The translations under genes were made by a program, and so were the position numbers. A stretch of 63,868 nucleotides of DNA, filler included, from Calcarisporiella thermophila CBS 279.70 (taxonomy: Eukaryota; Fungi; Calcarisporiellomycota): NCBI RefSeq assembly GCF_041956535.1. It is 11 parts of 11 records of this genome, joined end to end, with 100 filler letters (N's around TTAATTAATTAA, not from the genome) between each part and the next. Parts side by side here need not be neighbours in the genome. Positions count along the whole stretch, not along the records: positions 35,948 to 44,643 come from NW_027192204.1; positions 44,744 to 49,943 come from NW_027192236.1; positions 50,044 to 52,706 come from NW_027192233.1; 8 more parts are not named here. One strand, 5' to 3'. This document shows, piece after piece, positions 38,660 through 50,372 of the stretch. Within the stretch, counting starts at the first letter, position 1. Every line of letters starts with the position of its first letter. The notes beneath the pieces are model-generated. The model worked only from the letters and a program-made list of their open reading frames with translations. It made no database searches and was not told the DNA's origin.

Positions 38660-41109
38660 CTCTACTTCATCGTGGGAACATATTGGAGCTGCAATAAGCG
38701 AATGCCAAAAAAATATTCCATCTGATTTTGGAAGACCTCCTCGCGACATCTACAAATTCAATAAAGGATTCAAAGCGGAAGAGTGGAAGAACTGGATAAC
38801 CTTGTATTCGCTTGTTTTCCTTAAAGAATCTATGCCTCCGAGGTAACAAAATTGTAACGAAACAAGAGTTGATCAGGATTCTTCTGGAAGGTTCGGTCAT
38901 TCTGATTTCTACAACATTCTATCAGTTCATAACAAGTATAAATACGCTGTTTATTCGTATTCATGATGTACAATCTTAGTTTTGACTCTGGACTTTTCTT
39001 GATTTTCTCTTGATCCAGTTCAACCTTGAACTTGTCTTGATTCTTGAATATTATCCTTAATTTCTTAAATTCTTAACTCTTGAATTTGAATCTTGATCCA
39101 GAAACTTGAACCTGAATTGTTAAAAAAATCGCCTTTTTTAACCAATTTCACGGTATCTCAAGTGTGATATTCGTTTAATGCTATCTTTTCACAACGAAGA
39201 GTCTTAAGAGGTTGGCTTAATTTTGTCTCGGCGGTTCACCACTGCCTCGCTTGGTCATTGACTAGAGCAAAGATCAAAACGGTTAAAGATAGCCTATATT
39301 TGTTTTATCGACATTATACAGAGTAATATTTGACATTTTATTGAAAATGTGATAATATGTTAACAAGACCATCTCCTTTGTTTTGTTGTTGTATCTAGAG
39401 AATATTCTGGAGGGAGCGTTGACCACTTATCTGCGGATAGAAACGTCTTTCATTATTTGCTTCATGTTGCCGATTCAATTTTACATCATGGCCCTTCGTG
39501 GGCATATTGGCAGTTTCCAATGGAGAGATATTGTGGTATAATTGGGCGATATGTCAGGTACTAACATCGCTAACTATTGATATGCCTCTTTGATTATTTT
39601 TAATTTTATGTTTTATGATACATATTTTAACTTTCTTCTATCTTTCTTTACATTAGATCAAGAACTCATCCTTACGCCTCTCTCACAAAACAATTAAAGA
39701 TTCGCGAACAATTGAATAATATTCAATATATATATCCATTCTCATCTCGCGATCCTATCACTAAAAAAATCTCTGTACCTTGGGTGGAAAAAACATAGTA
39801 GCGTTGGAAGACCGTCCAGAAGAATTACTGGCCTAAAAGGCGTTATGAATTAAATAGCTTCGAATATTGGCGTCTCAAGCAGTACTATGCATATATTTTA
39901 GACGACATAGCGAATTACACTGAATTACAAGTAATCATGAGTTTAGCTTTATCACAATATTAAATATAGTGAGATATGCTTTGCCCGAGAATAGGATGCC
40001 TCCAGGACTGGTTATCGATATGGCCATCTCCGAACTCAGGATGGCCATATACTTGGCTCGATGAAATGCCGACAGGAATGCGAAGATTTTAAGCGCATAG
40101 CTTATACAGTTGCAGTAAGTTAATTTTCTTGGTAGAAAAAAAAATCGTGGGAGACATATCTTTGCTCTTCATTTTATAGGCAATAATGGAGGTAGATATC
40201 AATGAGAACGACCCCGATATGGCGGAAGTTTTTGAGGAAAAAGAGTTATACTGAGAAGTCGAAGTAAACGAATAAGCATACTCATAAAAACGATAAAGAC
40301 TTTAATATATAAAATTTTGGGAAAACTGCAGTACTATTTCCACCACTCTTATCGTGGAAATGACTATTTACTGGCCTTTGTTTTCTGGGCGGTAGAGTGC
40401 GATAAAAATGCGTATGATTTGAGAAGTTTCAATACGTGAGGTTTAAAACAGTTTATTGACGTGTCTGTGTTGGACAGATGCGTTGGGTGGATCAAAAGAG
40501 GAAGGAATACATACGTAGTCGATAAGGAGCATTTTACCAGCCTTTCTTCACAGAGAAATGCTGATTAAATGCAGTACAATTGAATACTACTTAATATAAC
40601 AATATATAACACATGATAGTTAGTTGCATTTTACTCTTTGCGGTTTTATCTATTTCGTTACCATCTAACTCATTTAGAAGTTTTTACTATAGTGCGGTCT
40701 GTTTCTGATAGTTAGGCCAAAATTCTAAGTAAAAATTTTTCCAAGTAAAACTTAATTTATAAAATTTCGGCCGTGAGTCATGGCCGAAGCAAAAATATAC
40801 GAATAATTTTAAGGCCAAAAATTTTTTTTGGCCGTGAATTTTGGTTACCTCAATATCAGCATCTATATTATGGCAGTAATTACTTGTGACTCGAAAGCCT
40901 GAGAGTATGTTAATTAATGTCACGTGAAAAACCTCCATCCAAAAATTCCATTTTCTCAGACTTACAACCCTTTTTTAACAAATTTAACTGTATTTTATCA
41001 GGGTAAATCAGGCTTTTGTTTATGCTTTCTGACAGGTTTCTAAGAGATGTTTTTTTGTATGGCCTCCTCAAGGAGGACGGATATGCGAGCCCGTTTTTCG
41101 GGAGTAGTG
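38660..41109 (+). mobile_element. CACTA/En-Spm transposase relic, copy 2, with probable right terminus
   Basis: FGRPPRDI..GFKAEEWKNW, HYLLHVADSI..GP.WAYWQFPMERYCG; candidate terminus (reverse complement CACTACTCCCGAAAAA) ending 41109, alternative CACTATAG end at 40694. Confidence 0.72.
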
Positions 41110-41559
41110 CGAGGCATTGAGGTTCTATTTTGTCAATACGAAGAGTATAGTTGAAAGTAACTGTGGGATAAGTTTCGTAAGTTATTTGCTTTTCGTTGCT
41201 GTTTTATAAAGGATCTCAGACCATCCAAAAGTGAAACATTCAAAGGCAAGTCACGTGAAAATGGGTATAAAGGCCAATATTCCGAGAATGTTTCAGACAC
41301 AAGACCCTGTTGCACTAATATTTAAATTGCTAGGGTAGAAGGGTTTTATTTTATAAATAATACTCATTGGTAATAGTAATCCTCCTGGAGATATAGTGAT
41401 TTTTGATAATTTTGGGGGGTGAGTCAAAACTTTTGGCCGATACTGTATAATGGAATTGAACATGGGAAAATAGCTAATTAAGGTTTCAAGGCGTGTTGCT
41501 GTAATATAAACAAAAGATATCAACAAAGCTAACTGTACTATCAACTAAGCACACCTTAT

Positions 41560-41981
41560 CGTTCTACAACAGGAAGCTTGTGTACCAGGTGCATAAAAAG
41601 ACGGTTGTCTGGCTAGTGCACACTTTCGGCATGGTGGTTCTCCCCAAGTTCGGTACGAAAGACATGTCTATTTGCGGGCCAGGTCTTAGCCTGAGCTCGG
41701 AGATGGTGCGCAAAATGCTCGCCTGGGCCCATGCTTGGTCCCTCCGAAGACTGCTCAGTAAGGCGGAGGAGGTCGGTGTGCTTGTCGTCATACCGGTCTC
41801 CGAGGCTTACATCTGTAAAACGTGCAGCGAATGGGGACATGTCTACCGGAGATTGGGCGTGACGAGTACTTTCAAGTGCGCCTGGTGTAGTGCGATAATG
41901 GATCTGGGTGTAAATGTAGCGAAAGGGATTTTGTTGAGGACTCTTGCTTGCGGAGCTCTTGACGCGCCTAAGACCCTGTAA
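41560..41981 (+). pseudogene. Fanzor/TnpB (IS607-type, Fanzor2-like) C-terminal RuvC-II/zinc-finger/RuvC-III remnant
   Basis: HKK...WL...VVLPKF.TK.M..., R.ML.WAH, VSEAY.CKTC..GH..LG...FKC..C...D..VN.AKGILLR; the catalytic DRD motif has decayed to DLG. Confidence 0.8.
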
Positions 41982-42874
41982 TGGAGTCGATGAAGGCTTT
42001 GCTTTATGGATCCTCGTGCTTCAAAATGGGGCACGTGCGCATGTGCATATGATTATCTTGGATATTCAAGGATAGTTCTATAACAACGTAATCTAACTGA
42101 AAAGAACAATTGCAATGTACTCCTCTTGGGTATTAGATCAATTCAATGCGATTTATTTGCCTCCCAAATGCTCAACTATTCCTTCTCTTAATTTCTTATA
42201 TTTGTTGTTGAGCGACATCATCATTTATAGGCGTATATATACAGTATAGTAATCTTTGGATATTGGGTTAAAGTAAACGGAGATTTTTATTACTCTCCTA
42301 TCTAAAGTGTCCTATAAGAAACTCGAGTGTAAACCTTAAGCTACATATATCCATTCATGAAGTATATTAAGCTTTGCGTCTAACCTCCAGCTACCACTCT
42401 TGGAGAATCTACGGTAGATAAATGAATTCCTCATCCATTAGACACATTATCATTTAAGAATGTACGGAATACAAAAAAAGCTGTAAATTTAACTATCCCT
42501 ATTATAGTAACGAGAATCGTCAAACTTTTGAAAATTGCTAAGCCTTTGTACTTGCACAACCAAGCATTAGCTTAATTATTGTAAGCGTTGACTATGTAAC
42601 CGGGTTTCAATTCATAGCTAGTTCATTCGCTTAAGCTTTAGGTTTACATCATTTAAATGTAACTCCGGATTCCACCTGAAAACTTCGATAACTTTAAACT
42701 GGTTTGAGATATAAAATCCGACAATTAAAGCGTTGAGCTCCAAGCAATTCTTTTTCTCTCTCTTGATCAGCCCACTACAAGTCCGAAATCCTTGATGATA
42801 CATGATATATTTCACGATTATATAAATTCGAAATCCTTGATAATTATACAAATTATTAATTAGACTCAGTAGCC

Positions 42875-43870
42875 ATGAGATCGTCTACAATTCATAGGAT
42901 TGTAATAATAGTGATGATAATTATCACCTGCATGTTGTCAATCAGAATTATAGACTATTACTATCAGCCTAATTATACATCTCCTCTTATTGACCCACAT
43001 TATGCCTGTCACGATACATACAGTTGCTCCAAGCGTGCCAATGAAACTACAAACAGCCAGGATTTATCATTACCAGTCGGCAGGAAATACGCCTTTTTTT
43101 CCGCAATATACACTGTCGACTATTTAGATGCTGCATTAGTTCTAGCCTTTTCCATCCGTAAATTCCACCCTCACATACCCATGTATATAATATACAAGAA
43201 GAACGAGCCCTTTAGCGCCGATGTGATTTGTCGGTTAAAATCTGTTGGATGGAAATTACATTCCGTAGACGAAATCGATCTCCCAGAATCGGGCGTTAAG
43301 GACGCATTCAGAGACAATTTTCTAAAGTTACACTTGTGGAATTTTACAGAGTTTGATGCTCTCGTATACCTTGATGCCGACACGATAGTTCGCGACAATA
43401 TACAAGAGTTGTTTAGATTGGTCGACAGGGATTCGTATCTGAATAAAGAAGGATTCGAGTTTGCATCGGCGTTAGATAACTATGGATCCCTCTCGCAAGA
43501 CTTCAACGCCGGTGTTATGGTAATCAGACCTAATCAGGACGTCTACTTGGAGCTTATGAGGTTGTATAAATTGACGGATAACTATAACGCATATTGGGCA
43601 GAACAAGGGTTTCTCAATGAGTATTTCCGATTTCGATATATACATCTCCCCGAGCAATATAATTTTAATGTTGCTTTTTGGGAGAGGCAAAAATTGGCTT
43701 GGGAGCGCTTTGAATCAGAAATGAAGGTTATACACTATACAGGAACTATAAAGCCCTTTAAGATCACGAGTCAATCCATGGCGCATAAATACAAAGAGGT
43801 ATTTAAACCATGGGATGAAATGTACAATGATTTGGAAAGAACTGTTGATTTTAATGAATGTAAAAATTAA
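42875..43870 (+). CDS. Glycosyltransferase family 8 (glycogenin-like) with N-terminal membrane anchor, intronless
   Basis: KLHLWNFTEFD..VYLDAD, FNAGVMVIRP, AEQGFLN, YN and IHYTG..KPF motifs. Confidence 0.9.
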   Translation: MRSSTIHRIVIIVMIIITCMLSIRIIDYYYQPNYTSPLIDPHYACHDTYSCSKRANETTNSQDLSLPVGRKYAFFSAIYTVDYLDAALVLAFSIRKFHPHIPMYIIYKKNEPFSADVICRLKSVGWKLHSVDEIDLPESGVKDAFRDNFLKLHLWNFTEFDALVYLDADTIVRDNIQELFRLVDRDSYLNKEGFEFASALDNYGSLSQDFNAGVMVIRPNQDVYLELMRLYKLTDNYNAYWAEQGFLNEYFRFRYIHLPEQYNFNVAFWERQKLAWERFESEMKVIHYTGTIKPFKITSQSMAHKYKEVFKPWDEMYNDLERTVDFNECKN

Positions 43871-43928
43871 TAAATTATTATTGTAGCGGGACCGACTAGG
43901 ATCATGGAAAGAAAATCGTCTTCCATAA

Positions 43929-44000
43929 GATCCGGTAGCTCAGTGGTAGAGCGCCGCTCCGGTAATGCGGAGGTCCTGGGTTCAATTCCCAGTCAGATCA
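43929..44000 (+). tRNA. Atypical tRNA-Thr(GGT)-like gene or pseudogene
   Basis: Intact A/B boxes and D/T arms, but C5:A68 and U31:U39 mismatches, C33 instead of U33, and no downstream T run. Confidence 0.55.
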
Positions 44001-44457
44001 TATGAATAACTGTTATACTTATTATGTCTGCGCCCCGAACCGCTACATTTGGCGAGCGTACCAGGGGGGCAGAGGGATCTATCCAAACATGTCGCGACGT
44101 CGATTTACGAATTTAGAAATTCAACCAATACCCAGAGTCGGTATCAACCAATCAGCATCAGTACTTATCAATTCTTGCCATAAGTGCAACTTAGGGTTAG
44201 GCTTTATGGCAGTTTATTGAGGACGATGTATATGTTGTGGGGGATGTAGACAAGGAACAATCACAGCAATTGAGCTGAAAAAGGGATAAAGGGGCAATTT
44301 CAATGAGGGGAGTTTGGATGCGGAGTTTGAAGTCCTCGGGGAACCGATATTGGATTCCGTCTGAGTTGAGGGCTGTTTAGGCTTAAAATTGGCTAACAAA
44401 TCCAACAAGTCCAAAATTCTATTACCATTTGTGATGATGATTGAAGATTATATTTCA

Positions 44458-44511
44458 GAAGCATGCTTAATTTTTCAAAAGCATGCTAAATTTTTCAAAA
44501 CAGCATGCTTA
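44458..44511. repeat. ~20-bp tandem repeat AAGCATGCTWAATTTTTCAA, about 2.5 copies
   Basis: Direct inspection. Confidence 0.7.
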
Positions 44512-44743
44512 CTTGCATGTTAGTCTAACTTAGAAGATAAATGATTGGACACTGGCCCTCGATACAGCCAATCGAGGGTGACGTGAGAGGTTAGTTGTTT
44601 GTAACACGACCGAATTTACACTATAATATTAATTATAATATTTNNNNNNNNNNNNNNNNNNNNNNNNNNNNNNNNNNNNNNNNNNNNTTAATTAATTAAN
44701 NNNNNNNNNNNNNNNNNNNNNNNNNNNNNNNNNNNNNNNNNNN

Positions 44744-45282
44744 CTTGACCTCAGAAAGGGTAGCATCTGGTATCGTGGACAGTATTGCGGTGTGATAAGA
44801 CCATATTGCAGGGCGACCCCATTCTCGATTCCATGCGTTTGTAGTGTCGTCTTGTTTCTCATCGATTGGGAAGTGGGTTTCTTGTAAGAAGATGAAGTCG
44901 GGTTTAGCAATTAGCTTGATCCAGTTGAATAATGTACGTCTTTTAGTGGGGTTAGCGATTCCCCTAGTGTTTAAGGATAAAAAAGTTGGCATTGGGTTGG
45001 GTTTGTTTGCTTTTATGGGTTGTTTTTAGGATTGATTAGGCCGAGTCCTCGTGCATAATGTCCGTGTCGCCATGGGTTGTCCCAAGGTCGCCGTGCGTTG
45101 TCTTAGGATCGTCCAGGTCTGTTTCCGGGCTGTATTGGTTATCCTCTTGGTGGGTATTATTTAAGTGTTCATATTGGGTCGGCTGCATTTCTTTGAGTTC
45201 GCTCTCTTTGGGTATGTCTTGTTGGTCTTGATTGTATTCACTGTTAGTTGATTGAGTAGTGGGGGAGGGAAGGAAGTCCCTG
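44744..45282 (-). mobile_element. 5'-truncated L1-clade LINE, second copy (ORF1 end and ORF2 endonuclease start)
   Basis: Only a few substitutions relative to 1-539; ORF2 ATG at 44992; 5' end joined to an LTR fragment. Confidence 0.9.
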
Positions 45283-45350
45283 CCGTTTCCTGAATGTCTA
45301 TGTGACTGCCTCAGTGACTTCCCCGTACAAAAACTAATTATCTCGTAACA
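45283..45350 (-). mobile_element. LTR end (TGTTACG family) 16 bp upstream of tRNA-Asp, interrupted by the LINE
   Basis: Reverse complement TGTTACGAGATAATTAGTTTTTGTACGGGGAAGTCACTGAGGCAGTCACATAGACATTCAG. Confidence 0.87.
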
Positions 45351-45366
45351 CATCACCCAATAAAGA

Positions 45367-45438
45367 TCTTCGGTAGTATAGTGGTTAGTATTCCCGCCTG
45401 TCACGCGGGCGACCCGGGTTCAATTCCCGGCCGGAGAG
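45367..45438 (+). tRNA. tRNA-Asp(GTC)
   Basis: TCTTCGG/CCGGAGA, anticodon arm CCCGC-CTGTCAC-GCGGG, T run downstream. Confidence 0.95.
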
Positions 45439-45785
45439 ATCATTTTTATATCTTCAATATTCCCTAAAAAGAACCCTTAATTTTTATTAATTTTTATTTT
45501 TGTAATTGTTAAAAAGGAACGAAATTTTTGGCAAGTTTGCTGTTTGAAAGGTATTTAATTTATATAATAAAGATAATGAAAACCGTGAGAGAAAAAAGAG
45601 AGAGAAAAAAAGAAACATCTATGTACATAAGAAAAAAATAAAAAAAGGGAAAGATAAAACGAAGCTTCTTCAAATATTGCTTTTCTTCAATTGGTAATAA
45701 AATAAACAACACAACAAGCAACGTATAAATTGAACAAAGGCAATCTACAATAATATGAAGAAGATAAAATTCCCTTTGCAACCAT

Positions 45786-47606
45786 TTATTTGGAGATTTT
45801 ATTATTTTCTGCGACCCAATCCCGCACAAAAATACTCGCTTTAAGGAATTTTTTGCTAGCGTACTTTTTGAAGATTGCTTCATGTGCTGGGGGTTTGGAA
45901 AGATACTCTAGCATGAGATTCGTAGTAGCCTGGAGTTCACTCTCCTCATAACCAGAATAGTGAGCGAGATTATAGTTCTAAATTATACAATGCAAGTTTA
46001 ACCGTTATTTAGTGATCAAGTACAAGATTTACAATATATACCCATTCTCCTCGATTCAACATTCTCCTTGCAAGATAAAGCGATGCTGCAGCAGTAAGAG
46101 ATGGCTTGTGCGTCAGAAGGCGGTGTTCAACTAGCGGCAACTCCAATAAATATTTTGCTACTGTGCGAGTCTGGATGTCGTATTGGTCAGCTTTGGAAAC
46201 CCTGCGCAAAAAGTGCATTGGGTTTGGATAACTAAGTTTAAAGTTAAGAGCTGCCAAAACGTAGCGCTCCGCTTTAAGCAGCTCTTCCTCCGAGTACCCA
46301 TCGTCCGTCATACGAAGTAGAGAATGCACACTTGGAGCAAGAATTTCCTCGTATTTTGCGGCAATGAACAAAGCTGTTATTCCAACGAGTTGGAGTTTCT
46401 GAACAGAGACAGCTTTAAGTGAGAGGAATCGATCTATGATATTAAGTGCGAGATAAAGTGTCTCGGGAAGTAGGCGAAACTTGTGGTGCACTTCAATAAG
46501 CCAGTCAGCAAGAATTCCCCGCATCTTCCATGAAAGTTCGCGTTGGTTATCCATATAGTTTGCAGTAGGCATGGTTTCATCCTAGAGAGTTCAATGTGTT
46601 CATTTCGATCTCATTTCTTATAGTAAATACAAAAGAACCCATCCAATTACCTCTAGCTGCCGCATATATTGGAAAATTTCGACCACATACTCCGAGGCCA
46701 TAAGGGGGTCATCTGCGTCTTCTGCATCCAAATCGTCCCACAATTGCTCATGGATCCTAGCTTTTTTAGCTGCACGCGTCTCTTCTTCTTCGGCCTCGTG
46801 TTTTTCTGCAATTTGTTTCTCTTCCTCTACAATCTCCATGGTTGCAGATGCACTGTTGTATCCTTGCTGCTGTCGGATGAGAGTCACTCTTTCCGTCGTT
46901 TCATCATTATTGTCGGATGCTTTGCGTTTTTTGCTTTCATTGACGCCAGCGTCAACCTGTACAAGGGATGAAGACCTATTGACAGTTTGTTGACGGCGCG
47001 CTTTGGAAGGTTGCATCTGAGATTGTTGTTGTGTCCCCACACTTAATTTAGATGACTTTGTGATGTTGGTTGCACGGGTGATTCTTGTTGGCTTTGCTCC
47101 AGCATTGGCAGTGATTGTGCTAGAAGCCACGGAAGTAGAGCGCGTCACGCGTGCACCAGCTTTTATTTGCTTTTCTTTCTCTGTTTTTCCCACACCCTGT
47201 AATTTCGGAGCATGATACTTCGTTTATAGCGAATCATGGTCATTGTAGATTTAGTACTTACTTGTTGGTTCCCAGCACTCAAGTCCACTAGAGCATTTCT
47301 CTTACCGAGGGGGGCCTTCACCTTTTGAGTTTTCTCATTCTGTAGAATTTGATGCTGTTTTCCAACTAAAACGCGAGCCGCTCCTGCGGCCATCCCAGTC
47401 TCCTTAACGCGTGAAGCATTTGAAGTGACTGCATTCTCGTCTGTAGTTAACGTCGCGGACGGTTTCCGAAGAGCACCAGAACGAAGTCGTGTTTGATACT
47501 AAGAAAGCATTGAAAACATTTTTCAGCATTGGTAAACGAAGTATGAGTATTTTACACGTATTGACGCGTCGTTCAGTATATTTACCTGTCGTTGATTTGT
47601 GAACAT
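45786..47606 (-). CDS. B-type (G2/M) cyclin, multi-exon
   Basis: D-box RNALVDLS, WDDLDAEDADDPLMASEYV.EIF and MRGILADWLIEVH.KFRLLPETL cyclin box. Confidence 0.93.
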
Positions 47607-47859
47607 ATTCAAAATGAGACGCGTGATATGAAAAATAAAAAAGAATGAACACAAGGAAAATAGGAGTATTTAAATAACAGTGGATAAGGACACTAACAAA
47701 GGATGTGTGCGAATATTATCGGGGCAATCAATCAACCTTTAATATTAGAAGAAATAAGGATATAAAAACTATTAAGGATAAAAGGGGCTAACTATTACAA
47801 AAGCTATTATAAACTAACAGAGAGCACGTAAGGGAAAAGGAAGCTCTGGGTAGATATAG

Positions 47860-48275
47860 GAATTTGAAAAGACGCGAATTGAAGAGAAAGAGAAGAGAGA
47901 AAGAGAAGTTATGTTCGCGCCGTTTTGTTAAAAAAGCAACTGTACGCGGTGGTGATTGAATGATGAAAGCATTCCGCACCCCATTGGCTAGAAGGAGAGC
48001 AAAATGGAGACGCGGATCCAAAGTGAGTTAGATCGACGCGTAAAAGACGCGTAAATATACTAGTTTGTGATAAAATTCAAAAAATGACAAGTAAATTACG
48101 AGTTAAGTAAAAGATAAATACCTTCATCAAAGGAGAAGGCATGGAGAGAATCGTTTAGAGGAGAGGCGATAAATAACAACCAATGTGTAAACATATCGAA
48201 TTAATTGAAATAGCAATAAATCATATCGAAATCTGCATAAACTTTGTATTTATTTCGATTTGTTTGGCGCGGGCT
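47860..48275. promoter_or_regulatory. Cyclin promoter with clustered MCB (ACGCGT) boxes and an E2F-like site
   Basis: ACGCGT at 48036 and 48047 (also near 47619), ACGCG cores near 47872, 47944 and 48010, TTTGGCGCG at 48263-48271. Confidence 0.55.
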
Positions 48276-48742
48276 GTGACTTATTCCCCAAACGAGTGCA
48301 AGGCCTAAATATGTGAATCTATTCATTCGATAATGCATTAATATTAAAGAAGGTTGGAAGCGCCTTGTAAAATTTACTCTCAGGTTGAGCTTCTACAAAA
48401 AGCCTTCGGACCTACGGCACGCGCCTCGTGGGTAATCGCCACTAGAATACATGAACGTTTGCAGAAAAATTTGACCAACCAAAGTCAAAATTTGTAATCC
48501 GAAAACTTGAACCTTAGACAATCCGCGCTTTTCCCAACAAAATCGACTAATACAATAAAATGTATACCGGGGAAGAATGTCTTTACAACTCAAAAAAAAA
48601 TACACGTATTGAGATATATCCAATAGTCTGGTAAAGGAAGCAAACACGGTAATAAATAAAAGAAGTAAATGTGATAATCTGATAAAAAAGCTTTTACTCT
48701 CAGGAAGAAATAATAAATGGGAATATTTCTAAACCACTTGAT

Positions 48743-49534
48743 TCAATCCAAACTATCGAAATTAAAGGATAGATTGGGCATATCGTTTCCGACTATTAGA
48801 GGCTCTTCAAAACCAACTAAAACTTCAGTTGGGTTAGCATTCAGCAAGATTTTCCCCTCATAATAACTTAGTGAAGAGGCGTTTGAGCTAGCCCTTGGTT
48901 TGCCTGCATGAGTAGTTGTGCGAGTTTTAAACGTTGGTCTCAATGAGAAATGGGGCGGTCGGTGCTTCTTGTATTGCTTGAAATATAGCCCACATGCGTT
49001 GCAGAGAGAATGTTTATGGTCACTCGTTCGCCTCCAGAGAGGGGTTTTGGTGACGTGGCAGTTGAAGCATTCAAGAACTCGGGGTGGACGAGTGCGCTCC
49101 TTTATTGTGTTCACTACGAAGTCTTTTCTCTGTTTTCCTCTATGTTTACTAGAATTGGAGGCAATGTTATCCGTTGTTTGAGTTGGTTGAGTAGGCGAAA
49201 GACTTGAATATTCAGATGATGAGAGGGGGACAAATGTGTTCTTGTATTCAATTTGAGAGGCATTCAGTGTGCTATCATATCGCATAAATTGCACAGTTGG
49301 GACTTGCAATGGAAGACGACCCATCCCGAGATCCTCAAGCAACGGACGGGATTCAGGGTCAATTGAATTAGCATTTGTTGCCGGCACTGTCAATTTGTTA
49401 GTTTCAGAAATAGGGGTGAGGATAGCTGATGGAGGCGAAAATAGTAACGGAACAAAGTCAAAAGAGAAAGGCCCTGTTAAGAGAATACCAGGAGAATCTT
49501 CAGGCGGATTGTAATGATTAGCCATTGGAAGCAA
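48743..49534 (-). CDS. GATA zinc-finger transcription factor
   Basis: [24 protein letters not shown]; start codon uncertain. Confidence 0.85.
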   Translation of the reverse strand: MLPMANHYNPPEDSPGILLTGPFSFDFVPLLFSPPSAILTPISETNKLTVPATNANSIDPESRPLLEDLGMGRLPLQVPTVQFMRYDSTLNASQIEYKNTFVPLSSSEYSSLSPTQPTQTTDNIASNSSKHRGKQRKDFVVNTIKERTRPPRVLECFNCHVTKTPLWRRTSDHKHSLCNACGLYFKQYKKHRPPHFSLRPTFKTRTTTHAGKPRASSNASSLSYYEGKILLNANPTEVLVGFEEPLIVGNDMPNLSFNFDSLD

Positions 49535-50372
49535 TATATTTTAGTCGATGGCGATACTGATCCCAGTCCCCCGTTCCTGAATGTAGTAAAAGGCCATTGT
49601 GGAGGAGAAAAAGAAAGAAGGAAAAGAAAAAGAACGAAATAGAAAACCTTCCTTCAACTCACACTAGGCTGACTGAGTGAAAAGAGACAAAAAAGTATGT
49701 GCTACGCAATTTGGAGCAAATTTAAGAGCGTACAAGAAAGACCAAGTGATCGGGCTGCGTACATGGAGAGTAAGATTGGCATACTTAGGATTATTTGTGC
49801 CGCTGGGTGAGAAAAAGCTCTCCACATATTGTGCCACAACAGGCAGACTAGCGTTTCGGCCCGTTTTTCTCAATTCGCGAACCCAAGACTTGTACCAGAG
49901 CGTTAATATATGGGAGTTTCCACAAAAAATCAGACAGAATCAANNNNNNNNNNNNNNNNNNNNNNNNNNNNNNNNNNNNNNNNNNNNTTAATTAATTAAN
50001 NNNNNNNNNNNNNNNNNNNNNNNNNNNNNNNNNNNNNNNNNNNAGCTTGGAATCTCCCAAATGACGTTTCAGATAGCACAAGATCCTAATTTAATACACT
50101 TAGGTTAGATTTTATTTCAGCTTCCTTCTTCAACCAATTAGATCGAAGAGGATCGACCCAGGACTGAGCGAAGCGTCTATCGGTTAAGATCGCAACCAAA
50201 AAATACAAGATACATGAATGATATGTAAACGCTATATATTTTCAGATTTTTTACAAATTCCGGAAATAGGTGAAATACATCACATAATAACAATCACTTA
50301 CAAAGCTTAGAGTATATAAAGAAACAAAGGGATAGCAAGTTATATAAATACGTGTAAGGAAATTGCAGAGCA

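Noticed and set aside
44000-44643. Minus-strand ORF fragment and a TGTAAC start near the contig end as a defined TE
   Set aside because: No diagnostic motif or second terminus is visible, so it cannot be classified.
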